Below the pieces are notes generated by a model. That model saw only the letters and a program-made list of their open reading frames with translations, was not told where the DNA came from and did not search any database. The position numbers and the translations under genes were made by a program. 64,000 bases of DNA from an uncultured delta proteobacterium (GTDB taxonomy: Bacteria; Desulfobacterota; BSN033; UBA1163). Below are positions 32,564-42,813 of this stretch, one piece after another; position 1 is the first letter of the stretch; every line of letters starts with the position of its first letter. The stretch lies in the NCBI GenBank assembly GCA_963827685.1, contig CAWHBU010000006.1, positions 448,001 to 512,000 on the forward strand, given 5' to 3'.

Positions 32564-32623
32564 TTTTGGACTTTGACATTCATTTGACATTTCGACTTTG
32601 ACATTTGGAATTGAAGGAAGCCA

Positions 32624-32848
32624 CTAATCCAAGTGCGATAATAGAGGTTCGATGGGAATTTCCTCTCGCAGTCCTTCGATCACTCCATCGACATCCTTTT
32701 CCCATCCCGGGGCCACCATCAACTCCACGATCGCTTCCTGAGGATCTTTCGTCCTCACCACAGCCATTCCTTCATAGGATTCAATAATGAATTTAAAATA
32801 GGCGATATCTTTCCTGCGCACCCTGAAATATCTGGATTGAGTGTCCAT
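32624..32848 (-). CDS. DUF4911-like small protein
   Basis: DIAYFKFIIESYEGMAVVRT.DP. Confidence 0.75.
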   Translation of the reverse strand: MDTQSRYFRVRRKDIAYFKFIIESYEGMAVVRTKDPQEAIVELMVAPGWEKDVDGVIEGLREEIPIEPLLSHLD

Positions 32849-32859
32849 GTTTTTACTAC

Positions 32860-32957
32860 GCAGTTCGGAGTATTGAGCTCGGAGTTAGGAGCTGGAACAA
32901 AGTATCATAATCTCTTATGAAAAATTATTAACTCTGAACTCCGAACTATGAACTCCG
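32860..32957. repeat. Inverted heptamer-repeat hairpin (TCGGAGT type)
   Basis: agttcggagtattgagctcggagttaggag ... aactctgaactccgaactatgaactccg; contains the DUF3108 stop. Confidence 0.8.
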
Positions 32958-33800
32958 TGTATTTTTGACCAGGGTTCCCTTGACATCCCCAAAGAGCATG
33001 ACATCTTTGATCGTCCCCTCTGTGGGGTAAAGTTCTTTCGATAACCATCCTTCGATAAGACCTTCTTTGGAATGCGTCACCTCTGGATCCAGAAAAAGTT
33101 TAACGAGATACTCTTTTCCATCTTTAAGTTTCTCAGATTTTTTTCTCTTCTCCTCCTCCTCTTTTGAAGCCACTCTCACTTCATAGCTGGAAGGGCCCTT
33201 CTTGGGAAAGGTGGCCACTGTATATTTTCTACCTTTCTCGATCTCCCCATAAACACCGTAACGAAAATTATAAGAGGCCGTGATGAAATCATCATAGACC
33301 ATTCCTGGAGGAATCTCCTCCTCTGTCCTCACCTTGGTACCGTCTTTCCGTTGCCTCACCTTAATCCATTTTCGCTTTTGATAATCGAAGAAATGGGTTC
33401 GCCGCCGCAACGTGTTTCCAATCTTCACATCTTCTTCGAATGATATGGATCGGAGGCGTCTCCCCCCGTCTATTTCTTCCATGATAGAGCGATAGGTGTC
33501 CGTTCGATAACGAGCCACCCATCCCAGGATACCCAAGGTCTCCCCCTGAAGGGTGGACAAATAACGACCCTTTTTCCCCATTTCCTTGAAACTTATTTTC
33601 CCCAACGCCACTTTCTTAAATAGCCAAACCCCGATGATGTAGTGAAGTTCCTCTCCCTCGAAGAATTCGCCAATGGAGTTCCCTTCTCCTTTCCTTGGAA
33701 GGACGGGAAGATCCGCCCATGTCTCCAGAGCATGGAGAGGAAAAGAAGAGAGGAGGGGAAGTCCCAAAAGATATCTTAAAAAAAGTCGTCGCGTTAACAT
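32946..33800 (-). CDS. DUF3108-like exported protein
   Basis: Tat-like MLTRRLFL; GEELHY..G.W.F, YDDF.TA.YNFR. Confidence 0.7.
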   Translation of the reverse strand: MLTRRLFLRYLLGLPLLSSFPLHALETWADLPVLPRKGEGNSIGEFFEGEELHYIIGVWLFKKVALGKISFKEMGKKGRYLSTLQGETLGILGWVARYRTDTYRSIMEEIDGGRRLRSISFEEDVKIGNTLRRRTHFFDYQKRKWIKVRQRKDGTKVRTEEEIPPGMVYDDFITASYNFRYGVYGEIEKGRKYTVATFPKKGPSSYEVRVASKEEEEKRKKSEKLKDGKEYLVKLFLDPEVTHSKEGLIEGWLSKELYPTEGTIKDVMLFGDVKGTLVKNTRSS

Positions 33801-33803
33801 ACC

Positions 33804-33940
33804 AGTTCGTAGCTCGGAGTCAGGAGTTCGGCGCAATTCTTTAAAGCAAAAAGCATTTGAAAACTTATTAAAAGCCTTCAAACGAATCATTCTGAACTCC
33901 TAATTTCTTTTCTTAACTCCGAACTCACTACTCCGAACTT
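33804..33940. repeat. Inverted heptamer-repeat hairpin (TCGGAGT type)
   Basis: agttcgtagctcggagtcaggagttcgg ... aactccgaactcactactccgaact. Confidence 0.8.
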
Positions 33941-33958
33941 AATCCCCCATCGGGGGGA

Positions 33959-34927
33959 TTAAATATGCAGTTCGATCACATCCCCTTCGCTGACGAGATA
34001 ATCCCGTTTGACCATTTGTCCATCGAATTTTCCAGAACCCCAGATCTTGGCATATCGAAGTTTGGCAACGAAGTCTTTATGGATAGCGGTGCTTCCCTTC
34101 TTAAGAATAACAGGCTCCGTCAGATCTGGTTCCTTCCCAGGAATTTTCGTATAGACCCGGACGATGTCGAGGATTTGATAAATCTCTTTCTTCAATTCAT
34201 CAAAATTCATTTTTTCTTTGGCAGAGATGGGCAGGATGGGGAAGGAGTCCCGGAAATGGCTCTCCAATCTCTGGTAGGCCCCCATTGCATTTTTAACATC
34301 GCATTTATTCCCAACAAGGAGTGCCCGCAGAGAAACCCATCCCGTCTCCGATGGAGGGATGGGTGCTTTCCGGAGCACCTTTATTCTCATTTCATTCAAC
34401 TGTCCAAGGATAATCTCCATCTGGAAGATGGGGTCTTCCGTCAGATCCACCAAGAGAAGAAGGGCGTCCGCATTTCGAATCAGGTTTGGGAATCCAGGTT
34501 CGATATGATCCAATTGAACCGGTGGAGTATCCACCAATTGAATCTGAAGATTTTCAAACTTCGTCATCCCGGGAATGGGCTTTTGGGTTGTGAAAGAGTA
34601 GTCACCCACCTCGGAAGAGGCATGGGTGATCTGGGAGAGAAGACTTGATTTGCCAGAATTGGGAGGGCCTAAAAGAACGACTTGAGCAGCTCCCTCTCTC
34701 TTAATATTATAGGCCTGCTCTGCCCTCCCGACGGTAGGTCTCCTCTGGAGTTCCTCCTTTAATTTGGCCATTCGGCTTTTGAGCTGTCCCCGAAGTCTCT
34801 CGGTCCCTTTATGTTTTGGGATGACCGCCATCATCACTTCGAGAGCTTTTATCTTCTCTGGCGTGGTCTTGGCCTGCTTAAACTTAAGCTCTGCCTCTAA
34901 ATATTGGGGAGTGAGATTGGCTGGCAT
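33959..34927 (-). CDS. DRG/OBG-family GTP-binding protein with TGS domain
   Basis: MPANLTP, PKHKGTE, GPPNSGKS, FTT, DTP, NKCD, SAK, C-terminal GDVIELH. Confidence 0.88.
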   Translation of the reverse strand: MPANLTPQYLEAELKFKQAKTTPEKIKALEVMMAVIPKHKGTERLRGQLKSRMAKLKEELQRRPTVGRAEQAYNIKREGAAQVVLLGPPNSGKSSLLSQITHASSEVGDYSFTTQKPIPGMTKFENLQIQLVDTPPVQLDHIEPGFPNLIRNADALLLLVDLTEDPIFQMEIILGQLNEMRIKVLRKAPIPPSETGWVSLRALLVGNKCDVKNAMGAYQRLESHFRDSFPILPISAKEKMNFDELKKEIYQILDIVRVYTKIPGKEPDLTEPVILKKGSTAIHKDFVAKLRYAKIWGSGKFDGQMVKRDYLVSEGDVIELHI

Positions 34928-34935
34928 CTCTCTGG

Positions 34936-35955
34936 TTACGATTCATAAATTTTTTCTTGCAGAAAAATCTCCAAAAATCCTGGGTCAAATTGTTTCCCCT
35001 TGTTTCTTTCCATTTCCAAAAGGATCTCTTCGAGGGCCATGGCCATCCGATGGGGTCTTAGGCTCGCCATCGCATCGAAAGCATCGGGCACAGCAATAAT
35101 CCTTGCCTCAATAGGAATGGCTTCTCCCGCCAAACCGTCTGGATATCCTCTCCCATCGAAGCGCTCGTGATGACTACGAATCATGGGGATCTTATCCTCA
35201 AAAAACTCGATCCCCTCCACAATCTTGACACCGATCAAAGGATGCTCCTGAACGATCTGATATTCTTCCGGACTTAGAGGTCCTCGTTTGCCGAGAATTT
35301 CATCTTTAATACCAATCTTACCAATATCGTGGAGGAGTGCTCCATATTCCAAAATCTCTATTTTCTCTTCTGTAAATCCTGATGAAACGGCAATCTGCAA
35401 ACTCATCCGTTTCACACGATCGGAGTGGCCCCGTGTGTAGGGGTCCTTGGCATCGATCGCTTCTGCCAGAACCTTGACCGAATCCAAATTCGCTTTCTTC
35501 AACGTACGACAAGCCTGCCGAAGGTTTTCCGTCCTCATTTCCACCAATTTCTCCAAATTTCTGTGATAAGACTCGAGCTCCTCCTCCATCTTCTTCCGCT
35601 CAAGGGCTCTCTTCACACTGAAGACCACAAGTTCCAGATCGAACGGCTTGATGAGGAAGTCCGTTGCACCCAGGTGGATCGCCTCTACCGCTATTTGGAT
35701 CTCTGGATAGCCAGTCATGATGATGAACAACATGTTTGGTTGCGCAGTCTTCACATGCTTCAGGAGTTCTAAACCATCCATTTCAGGCATCCTGATATCT
35801 GAGATAATCAGCGAAACATCCTCCTTGTAAAAATGTTTGAGGGCTTCCTTCCCGTTATAGGCTGCGATACATGGATAGCCTTCTTGAGTCAGCCTTTGAC
35901 ATATCATATTGCAGATGATCACTTCATCGTCCACAATCAAAATCCGGTCTTCCAC
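34936..35955 (-). CDS. Response regulator with HD-GYP phosphodiesterase domain
   Basis: Receiver (ILIVDD, SDIRMP, KP); YTRGHS, LHDIGKIG, HHERFDGRGYP. Confidence 0.93.
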   Translation of the reverse strand: MEDRILIVDDEVIICNMICQRLTQEGYPCIAAYNGKEALKHFYKEDVSLIISDIRMPEMDGLELLKHVKTAQPNMLFIIMTGYPEIQIAVEAIHLGATDFLIKPFDLELVVFSVKRALERKKMEEELESYHRNLEKLVEMRTENLRQACRTLKKANLDSVKVLAEAIDAKDPYTRGHSDRVKRMSLQIAVSSGFTEEKIEILEYGALLHDIGKIGIKDEILGKRGPLSPEEYQIVQEHPLIGVKIVEGIEFFEDKIPMIRSHHERFDGRGYPDGLAGEAIPIEARIIAVPDAFDAMASLRPHRMAMALEEILLEMERNKGKQFDPGFLEIFLQEKIYES

Positions 35956-36131
35956 GAATGCCCCCCTTTCTCTTTTTCTATGGATCTCCAACTATATTCT
36001 ATAAGAAATTGATAAACAGTCAACTGTATTGAGACTTTGGTGAAAATTTGGAATGAAGATTTCTGGAAAAAATGATTTCCATTGATTTAAAAACCAATTT
36101 TTGGTAAGAATACTGCTGAAAGGAGTCCGAT

Positions 36132-37487
36132 GTGGAGTCCATGAAGATATTGGTCGTCGATGATGAAGCCCTCGTTCGGGACATTATCAGAAAGGGTCTT
36201 TCTCAGATAGGAGGATTTAGTGTAGAGGTCGCCCAAAGCGGACCTGAAGCCCTTGAAAAGATTGAAAAAGATGTCTTCGATTTAGTATTGACCGATCTAA
36301 AGATGCCGGGGATGGATGGTCTCGAGCTCCTGAAAAACATCAAGGGAACCAGGCCGGAGGTGATGGTCATTTTGATGACGGCTTACGGATCGATCGAGAC
36401 AGCTGTGGAGGCAATGAGAATAGGAGCGAACGACTATATCACCAAACCCGTTGATTTGAACGAACTCCACATCCACATCTCCAAAGCCCAAAAGGAAAGT
36501 CTCCTCCTGAGAGAGAATCGGCTTCTGAGGATGGAGGTAGCGAAAAAATTTGAGTTCAACAATATTATTGGAAAAAGCAAGAAGATGCAGGAGATTTTTT
36601 CCCTGATCGAAAAGGTTGCCCTTGGGAGTAGCACAGTGATGATCTATGGAGGAAGCGGAACGGGCAAAGAACTGGTGGCGAAGGCCATCCATTTTAACAG
36701 CCCAAGGGCGGACCGACCTTTCATCCCTTTCAATTGCGGGGCGATCCCTGAGACATTGGTGGAAAGCGAACTTTTTGGACATACCAAGGGGGCCTTCACC
36801 GGAGCGATCCAGGCGAAGAAGGGTTTGTTCGAAGAGGCCGATGGAGGGACGCTCTTCTTGGACGAGATCTCCACGATCCTCCCCTCTGTGCAGGTAAAAC
36901 TTCTAAGAGTCCTTCAGGAGAAAGAGTTGATGAAGGTAGGGAGTACAGAGAGGATAAAGATTGATGTCCGAATGATTGCAGCCACCAATGAGAACTTGGA
37001 AGAGAATGTGAAGAAGGGGAAATTCCGGGAAGACCTCTTCTATCGTCTTCATGTCTTTCCTATTTTTCTCCCCGATCTCAAAGACAGAAAAGAAGATATC
37101 CCTTTACTCGCTTACCATTTTCTTGATCTCTATTCCAAAGAAGCTAAAAAGGAGGTTAAGGGAATCTCAAAAGAGGCGACGAAACTTCTCTTAGAATACC
37201 ATTGGCCGGGGAACGTCAGAGAATTAGAAAATGCCATTGAAAGGGCTGTGATCATGACCGATCAGGATTTCCTGGTGCCCAATGACTTACCCAAAGATCT
37301 GACGGAAGGATTTTCAGAAATGATCAAAAGGGGAGTGAAGGATCGCAAATCTCTGGATGATATCAAGTCCGAATATATAAGAGAAATACTCAAAGAAGTC
37401 AGCGGAAACAAAAGAATCGCCTCAGAAATTCTTAAGGTCAATCCGAGAACGCTTTACCGTTTTGAGAAAAAAGGGCCAGCCGAATAA
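36132..37487 (+). CDS. sigma54-dependent response regulator (NtrC family)
   Basis: Receiver; G.SGTGKE, ESELFGH.KGAFTGA, LFLDEI, WPGNVREL; Fis-type HTH. Confidence 0.95.
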   Translation: MESMKILVVDDEALVRDIIRKGLSQIGGFSVEVAQSGPEALEKIEKDVFDLVLTDLKMPGMDGLELLKNIKGTRPEVMVILMTAYGSIETAVEAMRIGANDYITKPVDLNELHIHISKAQKESLLLRENRLLRMEVAKKFEFNNIIGKSKKMQEIFSLIEKVALGSSTVMIYGGSGTGKELVAKAIHFNSPRADRPFIPFNCGAIPETLVESELFGHTKGAFTGAIQAKKGLFEEADGGTLFLDEISTILPSVQVKLLRVLQEKELMKVGSTERIKIDVRMIAATNENLEENVKKGKFREDLFYRLHVFPIFLPDLKDRKEDIPLLAYHFLDLYSKEAKKEVKGISKEATKLLLEYHWPGNVRELENAIERAVIMTDQDFLVPNDLPKDLTEGFSEMIKRGVKDRKSLDDIKSEYIREILKEVSGNKRIASEILKVNPRTLYRFEKKGPAE

Positions 37488-37625
37488 TTATTCTTAGGCT
37501 CCTTCCTTGGGCACCTCCAGTGATTACTGCCCAAAAATTCCCCTTTTGAACAACCTGTCACTTGTCATCTTTGTTTACCTCCTTCTCTGATTCTGGATTT
37601 TATGTCTTTTTGTCAATTCCAAATG

Positions 37626-37641
37626 AGCAAAGACTATACCA
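37626..37641 (-). promoter_or_regulatory. sigma54 -24/-12 promoter
   Basis: Minus strand TGGTATAGTCTTTGCT = GG-N10-GC. Confidence 0.6.
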
Positions 37642-37852
37642 AGTGGTAAAAATTGGTCAAAAAAGAATGGGGGAAAATTTGAAATAAGATTAGCATATTA
37701 CAATTCCTTGTCTCCGATTAACATTATAAATTGAAACCCTATGACTTTTTGCCAGAAAAGGCAATTTTGGGCCATAAAAATGAAAAAAACGTTAATTGGA
37801 TCTTTTTTCTTTATCATGCAGAAGGTTATAATACTTCCCTGGAGGTTTTATC

Positions 37853-38578
37853 ATGAAGAGAATATTAATCACAGCCATCCTGTTTTCTTTTCCGGTCCTC
37901 CTCCTTTTTGGGGAATCCCTTGCCCTCACAAACGAGGAAGCTTCCTTTATTTTAAAGGATTTGATTAAGACAGAATTCAAAATCCTGGAGATCAAGGAGG
38001 CCCCCTTGGAGGGCTTTTGGGAGGTTACCTGTGGGATAGGTCAAGATAGGATGATTATTTATGTCCATAAAAACTTAAGATTCATTATTCACGGCCATGT
38101 ATTGGATCGCCAAACCAAAAGAGATCTTACTCTTGATAGATTAAAAGACTTGCGGAGAGCGGACCCCTCCACTCTTCACCTCGAAAATGCCATTCGAATG
38201 GGAGAAGGAAAAAGAAAACTCTACGTATTGACTGACCCTCAATGCCATTTTTGTTTCCAACTCCATGAAGAACTGAAACAGATTAAAGATCTCCAGACCT
38301 TCTTCTTTTTATACCCTTTATCTCCTGCTTCCTTTGAGAAAGCAAAGTCCGTATGGTGTTCACAAGACAAGGTGAGGGCCTTGGAAGAAACTTATCAAGG
38401 GAAAGAATTAAAACTCTCTTCTTGTGATACCACACCCATCAATAAGAATATGGAATTGGGAAGGCGTCTGCTGGTCGATTCCACCCCAACTCTCATTTTT
38501 CAAAATGGAAAAATCATGGAGGGTTATTCTTCTCCGGACACCTTGGAAAATCTCTTGAAATTGAATGCCGGTCTTTGA
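37853..38578 (+). CDS. DsbC-family thiol:disulfide isomerase
   Basis: Signal peptide; TDPQCHFC, FFLYPL, VWC, TPT. Confidence 0.85.
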   Translation: MKRILITAILFSFPVLLLFGESLALTNEEASFILKDLIKTEFKILEIKEAPLEGFWEVTCGIGQDRMIIYVHKNLRFIIHGHVLDRQTKRDLTLDRLKDLRRADPSTLHLENAIRMGEGKRKLYVLTDPQCHFCFQLHEELKQIKDLQTFFFLYPLSPASFEKAKSVWCSQDKVRALEETYQGKELKLSSCDTTPINKNMELGRRLLVDSTPTLIFQNGKIMEGYSSPDTLENLLKLNAGL

Positions 38579-38610
38579 CTTTGTATTCCAAGTCTGTTAT
38601 TTTTGAGAAA

Positions 38611-40371
38611 ATGAAGCTATTTTTAATGAAAGCCTTCGTTATTTCATTGTCTCTATTCTTTCTGGAGGCTTGTGCAGGAAGACCTGTATTTCAAGAACTA
38701 GAAAAAGGCCCACCTTCCGTTCAGCCCAATCCGACGAAACTCCAAAAAACTCAAAAGAAGACCCCTCCTTCAAACCCCCTTGCTTATTACTACTTTCTCC
38801 TCTCTCAGCTTAAATTACGGGAGGGAAAAGTGGATGAGGCGATTGAGGATCTTAAAGAAGCGATCGCCCGAGATGCCAAAGAACCTTCCCTGCATGTTGA
38901 ATTGGCTACCCTCTACATCCATAAAGGCCTATTAAACGAGGCGATCGAAGAGTGTAAAACCGCTCTCCTTGATGACCCCGATGATCTCTCTGCCCATTTG
39001 CTCCTGGGTGGATTATATTCCATCCTTAAGAAGTATCCCTTAGCCATCGCCTCTTACAAGAAAGTATTGGAGATCGACCCACAACACCGGGAAAGTTACC
39101 TTTTCCTTAGTTCCCTCTACGAAGACACCCAGAATTATGACCAAGCGATCCAAGTCCTTAAACAATTTCTCAAGATCGAACCGAACTCCGTGATGGGCCT
39201 CTATGCTTTGGGGAGGATTTATATCAGGACAAAATCTTATGAATCGGCCAAGCAATATTTTCTAAAGGCGTTAGCCATCGAGCCCAATCTGGTCTCTGTC
39301 CTGACGGATTTGGGGATGACTTATGAGATCCAGAATGAACCTGAAAAAGCAGCGGAGATCTACCAAAAAATCCTTAACCTCGATCCGGACAATAAAAAGG
39401 TGAGAAGCCGACTGGGGCAGATCTTCATCAAAAAGAAGAAGTTCGACGAGGCGTTGAATCAATTTCGGGAGATGCAAAAATCCGATTCAGAAGATCTCAA
39501 TATCCGAACGAAGATGGGCTTGATCTATTTGGAACAGGGCAAATTGGACCAGGCGATTTTGGAATTCAATTTCATCCTCGCGGCCAATCCCAAAGATGAT
39601 CGGGTCCGATATTATTTAGGGGCCGCCTATGTCGAAAAAGATGCCTTCGACCAAGCCATCTCAGAATTCAAGAAGATCCCTCCTGAATCAGCTCTCTTTG
39701 CTGATTCGAGAAGAAACATTGTCCTGATTCTGAAGAAACAGAACAAGATGGAGGAAGCGATCCGAATCTTAGAGGAATCGATTCAGGCTAAACCGAATGA
39801 GGGAGATCTTTACCTATTCCTCGCTGCTGTTTTTGAAAATGAGAACCAATTGGAAAAGGCGTTGGCCACCCTGAAGAGGGGACTCGAGAAAAATCAGAAT
39901 GATGAAGAAATTCATTTCCAAATCGGTGCACTCTGCGATAAGATGGGAAATTTCGACAAAATGGTCGCTGAAATGAAGGAGGTTCTCCGGCTCAACCCCA
40001 ACCATGCCGATGCCCTCAACTACTTGGGCTATTCCTATTCCGAGAAGGGCATCCAATTGGAAGAGGCCCTCAAACTCATCCAGAAGGCCATGGAATTGAA
40101 ACCCAATATGAGCTACATCACCGATAGTCTGGGTTGGGTCTATTATAAACTTGGGAACTACGGGAAAGCGGTGACCGAGCTTGAAAAAGCAAACCAACTG
40201 ACTCCAGATGATTCCACGATTACCGAACACGTGGCAGATGTTTATGTTAAACTGGACCGAATCGAAAAAGCCATCGAGTTTTACGAAAGGGCGTTGAAAT
40301 TGGATCCAAAACCAGATCAAAAGGAAAGGCTACAAAAGAAGATTAAGGAACTCAAAGAAAAAAAGAAGTAG
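38611..40371 (+). CDS. Tetratricopeptide-repeat lipoprotein
   Basis: Lipobox LEAC; many TPRs; ALNYLGYSY, DSLGWVYYK. Confidence 0.9.
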   Translation: MKLFLMKAFVISLSLFFLEACAGRPVFQELEKGPPSVQPNPTKLQKTQKKTPPSNPLAYYYFLLSQLKLREGKVDEAIEDLKEAIARDAKEPSLHVELATLYIHKGLLNEAIEECKTALLDDPDDLSAHLLLGGLYSILKKYPLAIASYKKVLEIDPQHRESYLFLSSLYEDTQNYDQAIQVLKQFLKIEPNSVMGLYALGRIYIRTKSYESAKQYFLKALAIEPNLVSVLTDLGMTYEIQNEPEKAAEIYQKILNLDPDNKKVRSRLGQIFIKKKKFDEALNQFREMQKSDSEDLNIRTKMGLIYLEQGKLDQAILEFNFILAANPKDDRVRYYLGAAYVEKDAFDQAISEFKKIPPESALFADSRRNIVLILKKQNKMEEAIRILEESIQAKPNEGDLYLFLAAVFENENQLEKALATLKRGLEKNQNDEEIHFQIGALCDKMGNFDKMVAEMKEVLRLNPNHADALNYLGYSYSEKGIQLEEALKLIQKAMELKPNMSYITDSLGWVYYKLGNYGKAVTELEKANQLTPDDSTITEHVADVYVKLDRIEKAIEFYERALKLDPKPDQKERLQKKIKELKEKKK

Positions 40372-40384
40372 AGTCAACTCCGGA

Positions 40385-40518
40385 AATTAAATTCCAATCA
40401 CCAATTACAAAATTCCAAACGATATAAATCATAAATAATAATTCAAATAACCTCTCCAAGTTTTGGTTATTGGAAATTGGGATTTGTTTGGTTATTGGAT
40501 TTTGGAATTTGGATATTA
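40385..40518. repeat. Inverted heptamer-repeat element (TCCAAAT type)
   Basis: aaattccaatcaccaattacaaaattccaaac ... gtttggttattggattttggaatttggatatt. Confidence 0.75.
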
Positions 40519-40526
40519 CGGTTTTA

Positions 40527-40766
40527 TCAACCTCCTGCGACAGGAGGGAAGATACTCAGGACATCGCCATCCTTTAATATCTGTTCCTTCTTTCCATGGA
40601 CGCCATTGATCAAAATGATCTTAGGTATCTCTTCGGGTATTTTGAGCCGGGACAAAATATCCTGGGCTCGGGTAGAACCATCGACCTCCATCTTACAGGA
40701 AAACCGACTGCTTCCCTTCGGGAGATAATCTCGAAGTGTTGCAAATAATTTTACCTCAATCTCCAT
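40527..40766 (-). CDS. MoaD/ThiS family sulfur-carrier protein
   Basis: VKLFATLR, C-terminal FPPVAGG. Confidence 0.9.
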   Translation of the reverse strand: MEIEVKLFATLRDYLPKGSSRFSCKMEVDGSTRAQDILSRLKIPEEIPKIILINGVHGKKEQILKDGDVLSIFPPVAGG

Positions 40767-40900
40767 GGGTTTTAGTCTTTCAATTTCTTACTTTGACCTA
40801 TTCGACCTTTTTGGGCCAACTCCATAGACCAAAAAGACGTTTTATTATTATGTAACCGAAATTTTCCCCTCGCCGCAAGAGGGATTTGAGGAAAGAAGGA

Positions 40901-41941
40901 TCAGAGAATTCGAATTCTTCCGCGAGGCTCTTCCACCACTTCCCCTACGATGTTGGAATGAATGAGCCCTTCTTTCTTTAGGGTCACCACCAGTTTGTCT
41001 GCCTTGTTGGAGGGCAAAGAAATTAAGAGCCCGCCAGAGGTTTGGGGATCATAAAAAATATTGACCAATAGATCGGGTACGTCGGGTTGAACTTCCACAC
41101 GGCAGGAGAAAAAATCTCGATTTGAATAAGCCCCCCCAGGGATTAATCCCAATTTCGCATATTCTACGGCTTCAGGGAAGATTGGAACAGCTTTTGATTG
41201 AATGACCATTCCCACCTGGCTTGCGACCGCCATTTCTAATGCATGGCCGATGAAACTGAAGCCTGTGATATCCGTACAGGCATGGGCCCCAAATTTTATC
41301 ATCCATTCCGACGTTGTTCGATTAAGGGTCACCATGCTCTCCACGATCTTCCGGACAGCCTCCTCCGAAGCCATTTCACCCTTAAGGGCTGTGGCAATAA
41401 TCCCTGTGCCAAGAGGTTTCGTCAAAACCAACTTGTCCCCTACCTTCGCTTTCGCATTGGTCAGGATTTTTTTGGGATGCACCACCCCTGTTACAGCCAG
41501 GCCATATTTAATCTCCGGGTCCTCGATCGAATGCCCTCCCACCAGAGCCACACCAGCCTCCTCCATCTTCGAAAGCCCTCCGAGAAGGATTTCTTTCAAA
41601 ATAGAAGAAGAGAGGTCTTTGATGGGAAAGGCCACTAAATTCATGCCTGTGAGGGGAGTCCCTCCCATGGCATAGACGTCACTCAGAGCATTGGCCACAG
41701 CGATCTGGCCAAAAGTAAAAGGATCGTCCACGATCGGGGTGAAGAAGTCTACCGTCTGAACCAGGGCGACCTCGTCACTTAATTGATAGACCCCTGCATC
41801 ATCCGATGTCTCCAGTCCAACCAGAACCTTCGGATTTTTTGGAAGCGGCAATCCTTTAAGAATTTGATCCAGATCCTCTGGACCCACTTTAGAGGCTCAA
41901 CCCGCTTTTTTGACTTTCGAAGTCAGACGCACTTTCTCCAT
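40901..41941 (-). CDS. selD: Selenide, water dikinase (selenoprotein form, Sec at codon 15)
   Basis: MEKVRLTSKVKKAG-UGA(41897-41899)-ASKVGPEDL; DDAGV, TVDFFTP, DVYAMGG, DPQTSGGLL. Confidence 0.93.
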
Positions 41942-41962
41942 TTCTCTCTCCGTCCTTTGAAA

Positions 41963-42220
41963 TTAGGTCAGAATTTCCTTCTTTTTCTCAAACCTTCCCC
42001 TTGAATCCTTTGTATAACATTCGGTCATCGATATCTTATTCTCCCTGAGGATAAGCAACGCTTTTTCTTCTGATTCTCCTGAGAGTTCGACCGCTACTCC
42101 GCAATCGGAACTAATATCCCTCGGCACTGGGATGAGGTCAACTTCTATTCCTTTTTCCTTAAGAAGTTTTTCAGTCCTCATCACCTGATGGACGGACGAA
42201 AAGAGGAGTACGCATTTCAT
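41963..42220 (-). CDS. DUF3343-like putative Se/S carrier protein
   Basis: LIPVPRDISSDCG. Confidence 0.85.
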   Translation of the reverse strand: MKCVLLFSSVHQVMRTEKLLKEKGIEVDLIPVPRDISSDCGVAVELSGESEEKALLILRENKISMTECYTKDSRGRFEKKKEILT

Positions 42221-42813
42221 GGACGGATCAGATGATCTGCTTCCAAAAGAGACTGAGCAATATCATACATATTGGAAACAGTTCCTACTCTCAATTTCTC
42301 CTTTAATCCATAGAAATCGAGGCATGTTCCGCAGGCCAGGATCTCTACCCCCTCTTCGGATAATTTCTTGAGAGTCTCCAAGACCTCAGAACCCTCCGAA
42401 GCCAATCGAACTCCTGAATTAATCAAAATCAATCGAGAGGGTTTTTTCTCTAGATCCATTAGGGTCTTCAAAAAAGACCTCATCAGGATCGCTCCCAATG
42501 ACTCATCCCCAACACCCAGGAGATGGGAATTAATATAAACGACAACCTTTTTGATTTTCTCGTTAGGCTGGGTCACTTTCTCTCTATCCTCACTACTGGT
42601 CTTTCGAATGCGAAGATAAAAATCCTGCCCTTCCTGCTTAATTTCCACCGGACATCCTTGACTCTGAACGAACCGTTCCACATTATTACAGGAGGAAGCA
42701 TTGTCCACAATGACGATCATCTCTCCTTCCTTCAGCTGATCTAATGCCTGTTTTGTTGTCACGACAGGTTGGGGACAGGCAAGACCTCGACAGTCAATCA
42801 CCGGCATTTCCAT
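42217..42813 (-). CDS. yedF: Selenium metabolism protein YedF (TusA + DsrE-like domains)
   Basis: DCRGLACPQPV; LGAILMRSFL, CGTCLDFY, SNMYDI. Confidence 0.88.
   Translation of the reverse strand: MEMPVIDCRGLACPQPVVTTKQALDQLKEGEMIVIVDNASSCNNVERFVQSQGCPVEIKQEGQDFYLRIRKTSSEDREKVTQPNEKIKKVVVYINSHLLGVGDESLGAILMRSFLKTLMDLEKKPSRLILINSGVRLASEGSEVLETLKKLSEEGVEILACGTCLDFYGLKEKLRVGTVSNMYDIAQSLLEADHLIRP

Noticed and set aside
33965-34648. 227-aa plus-strand ORF
   Set aside because: Antisense shadow of the DRG GTPase
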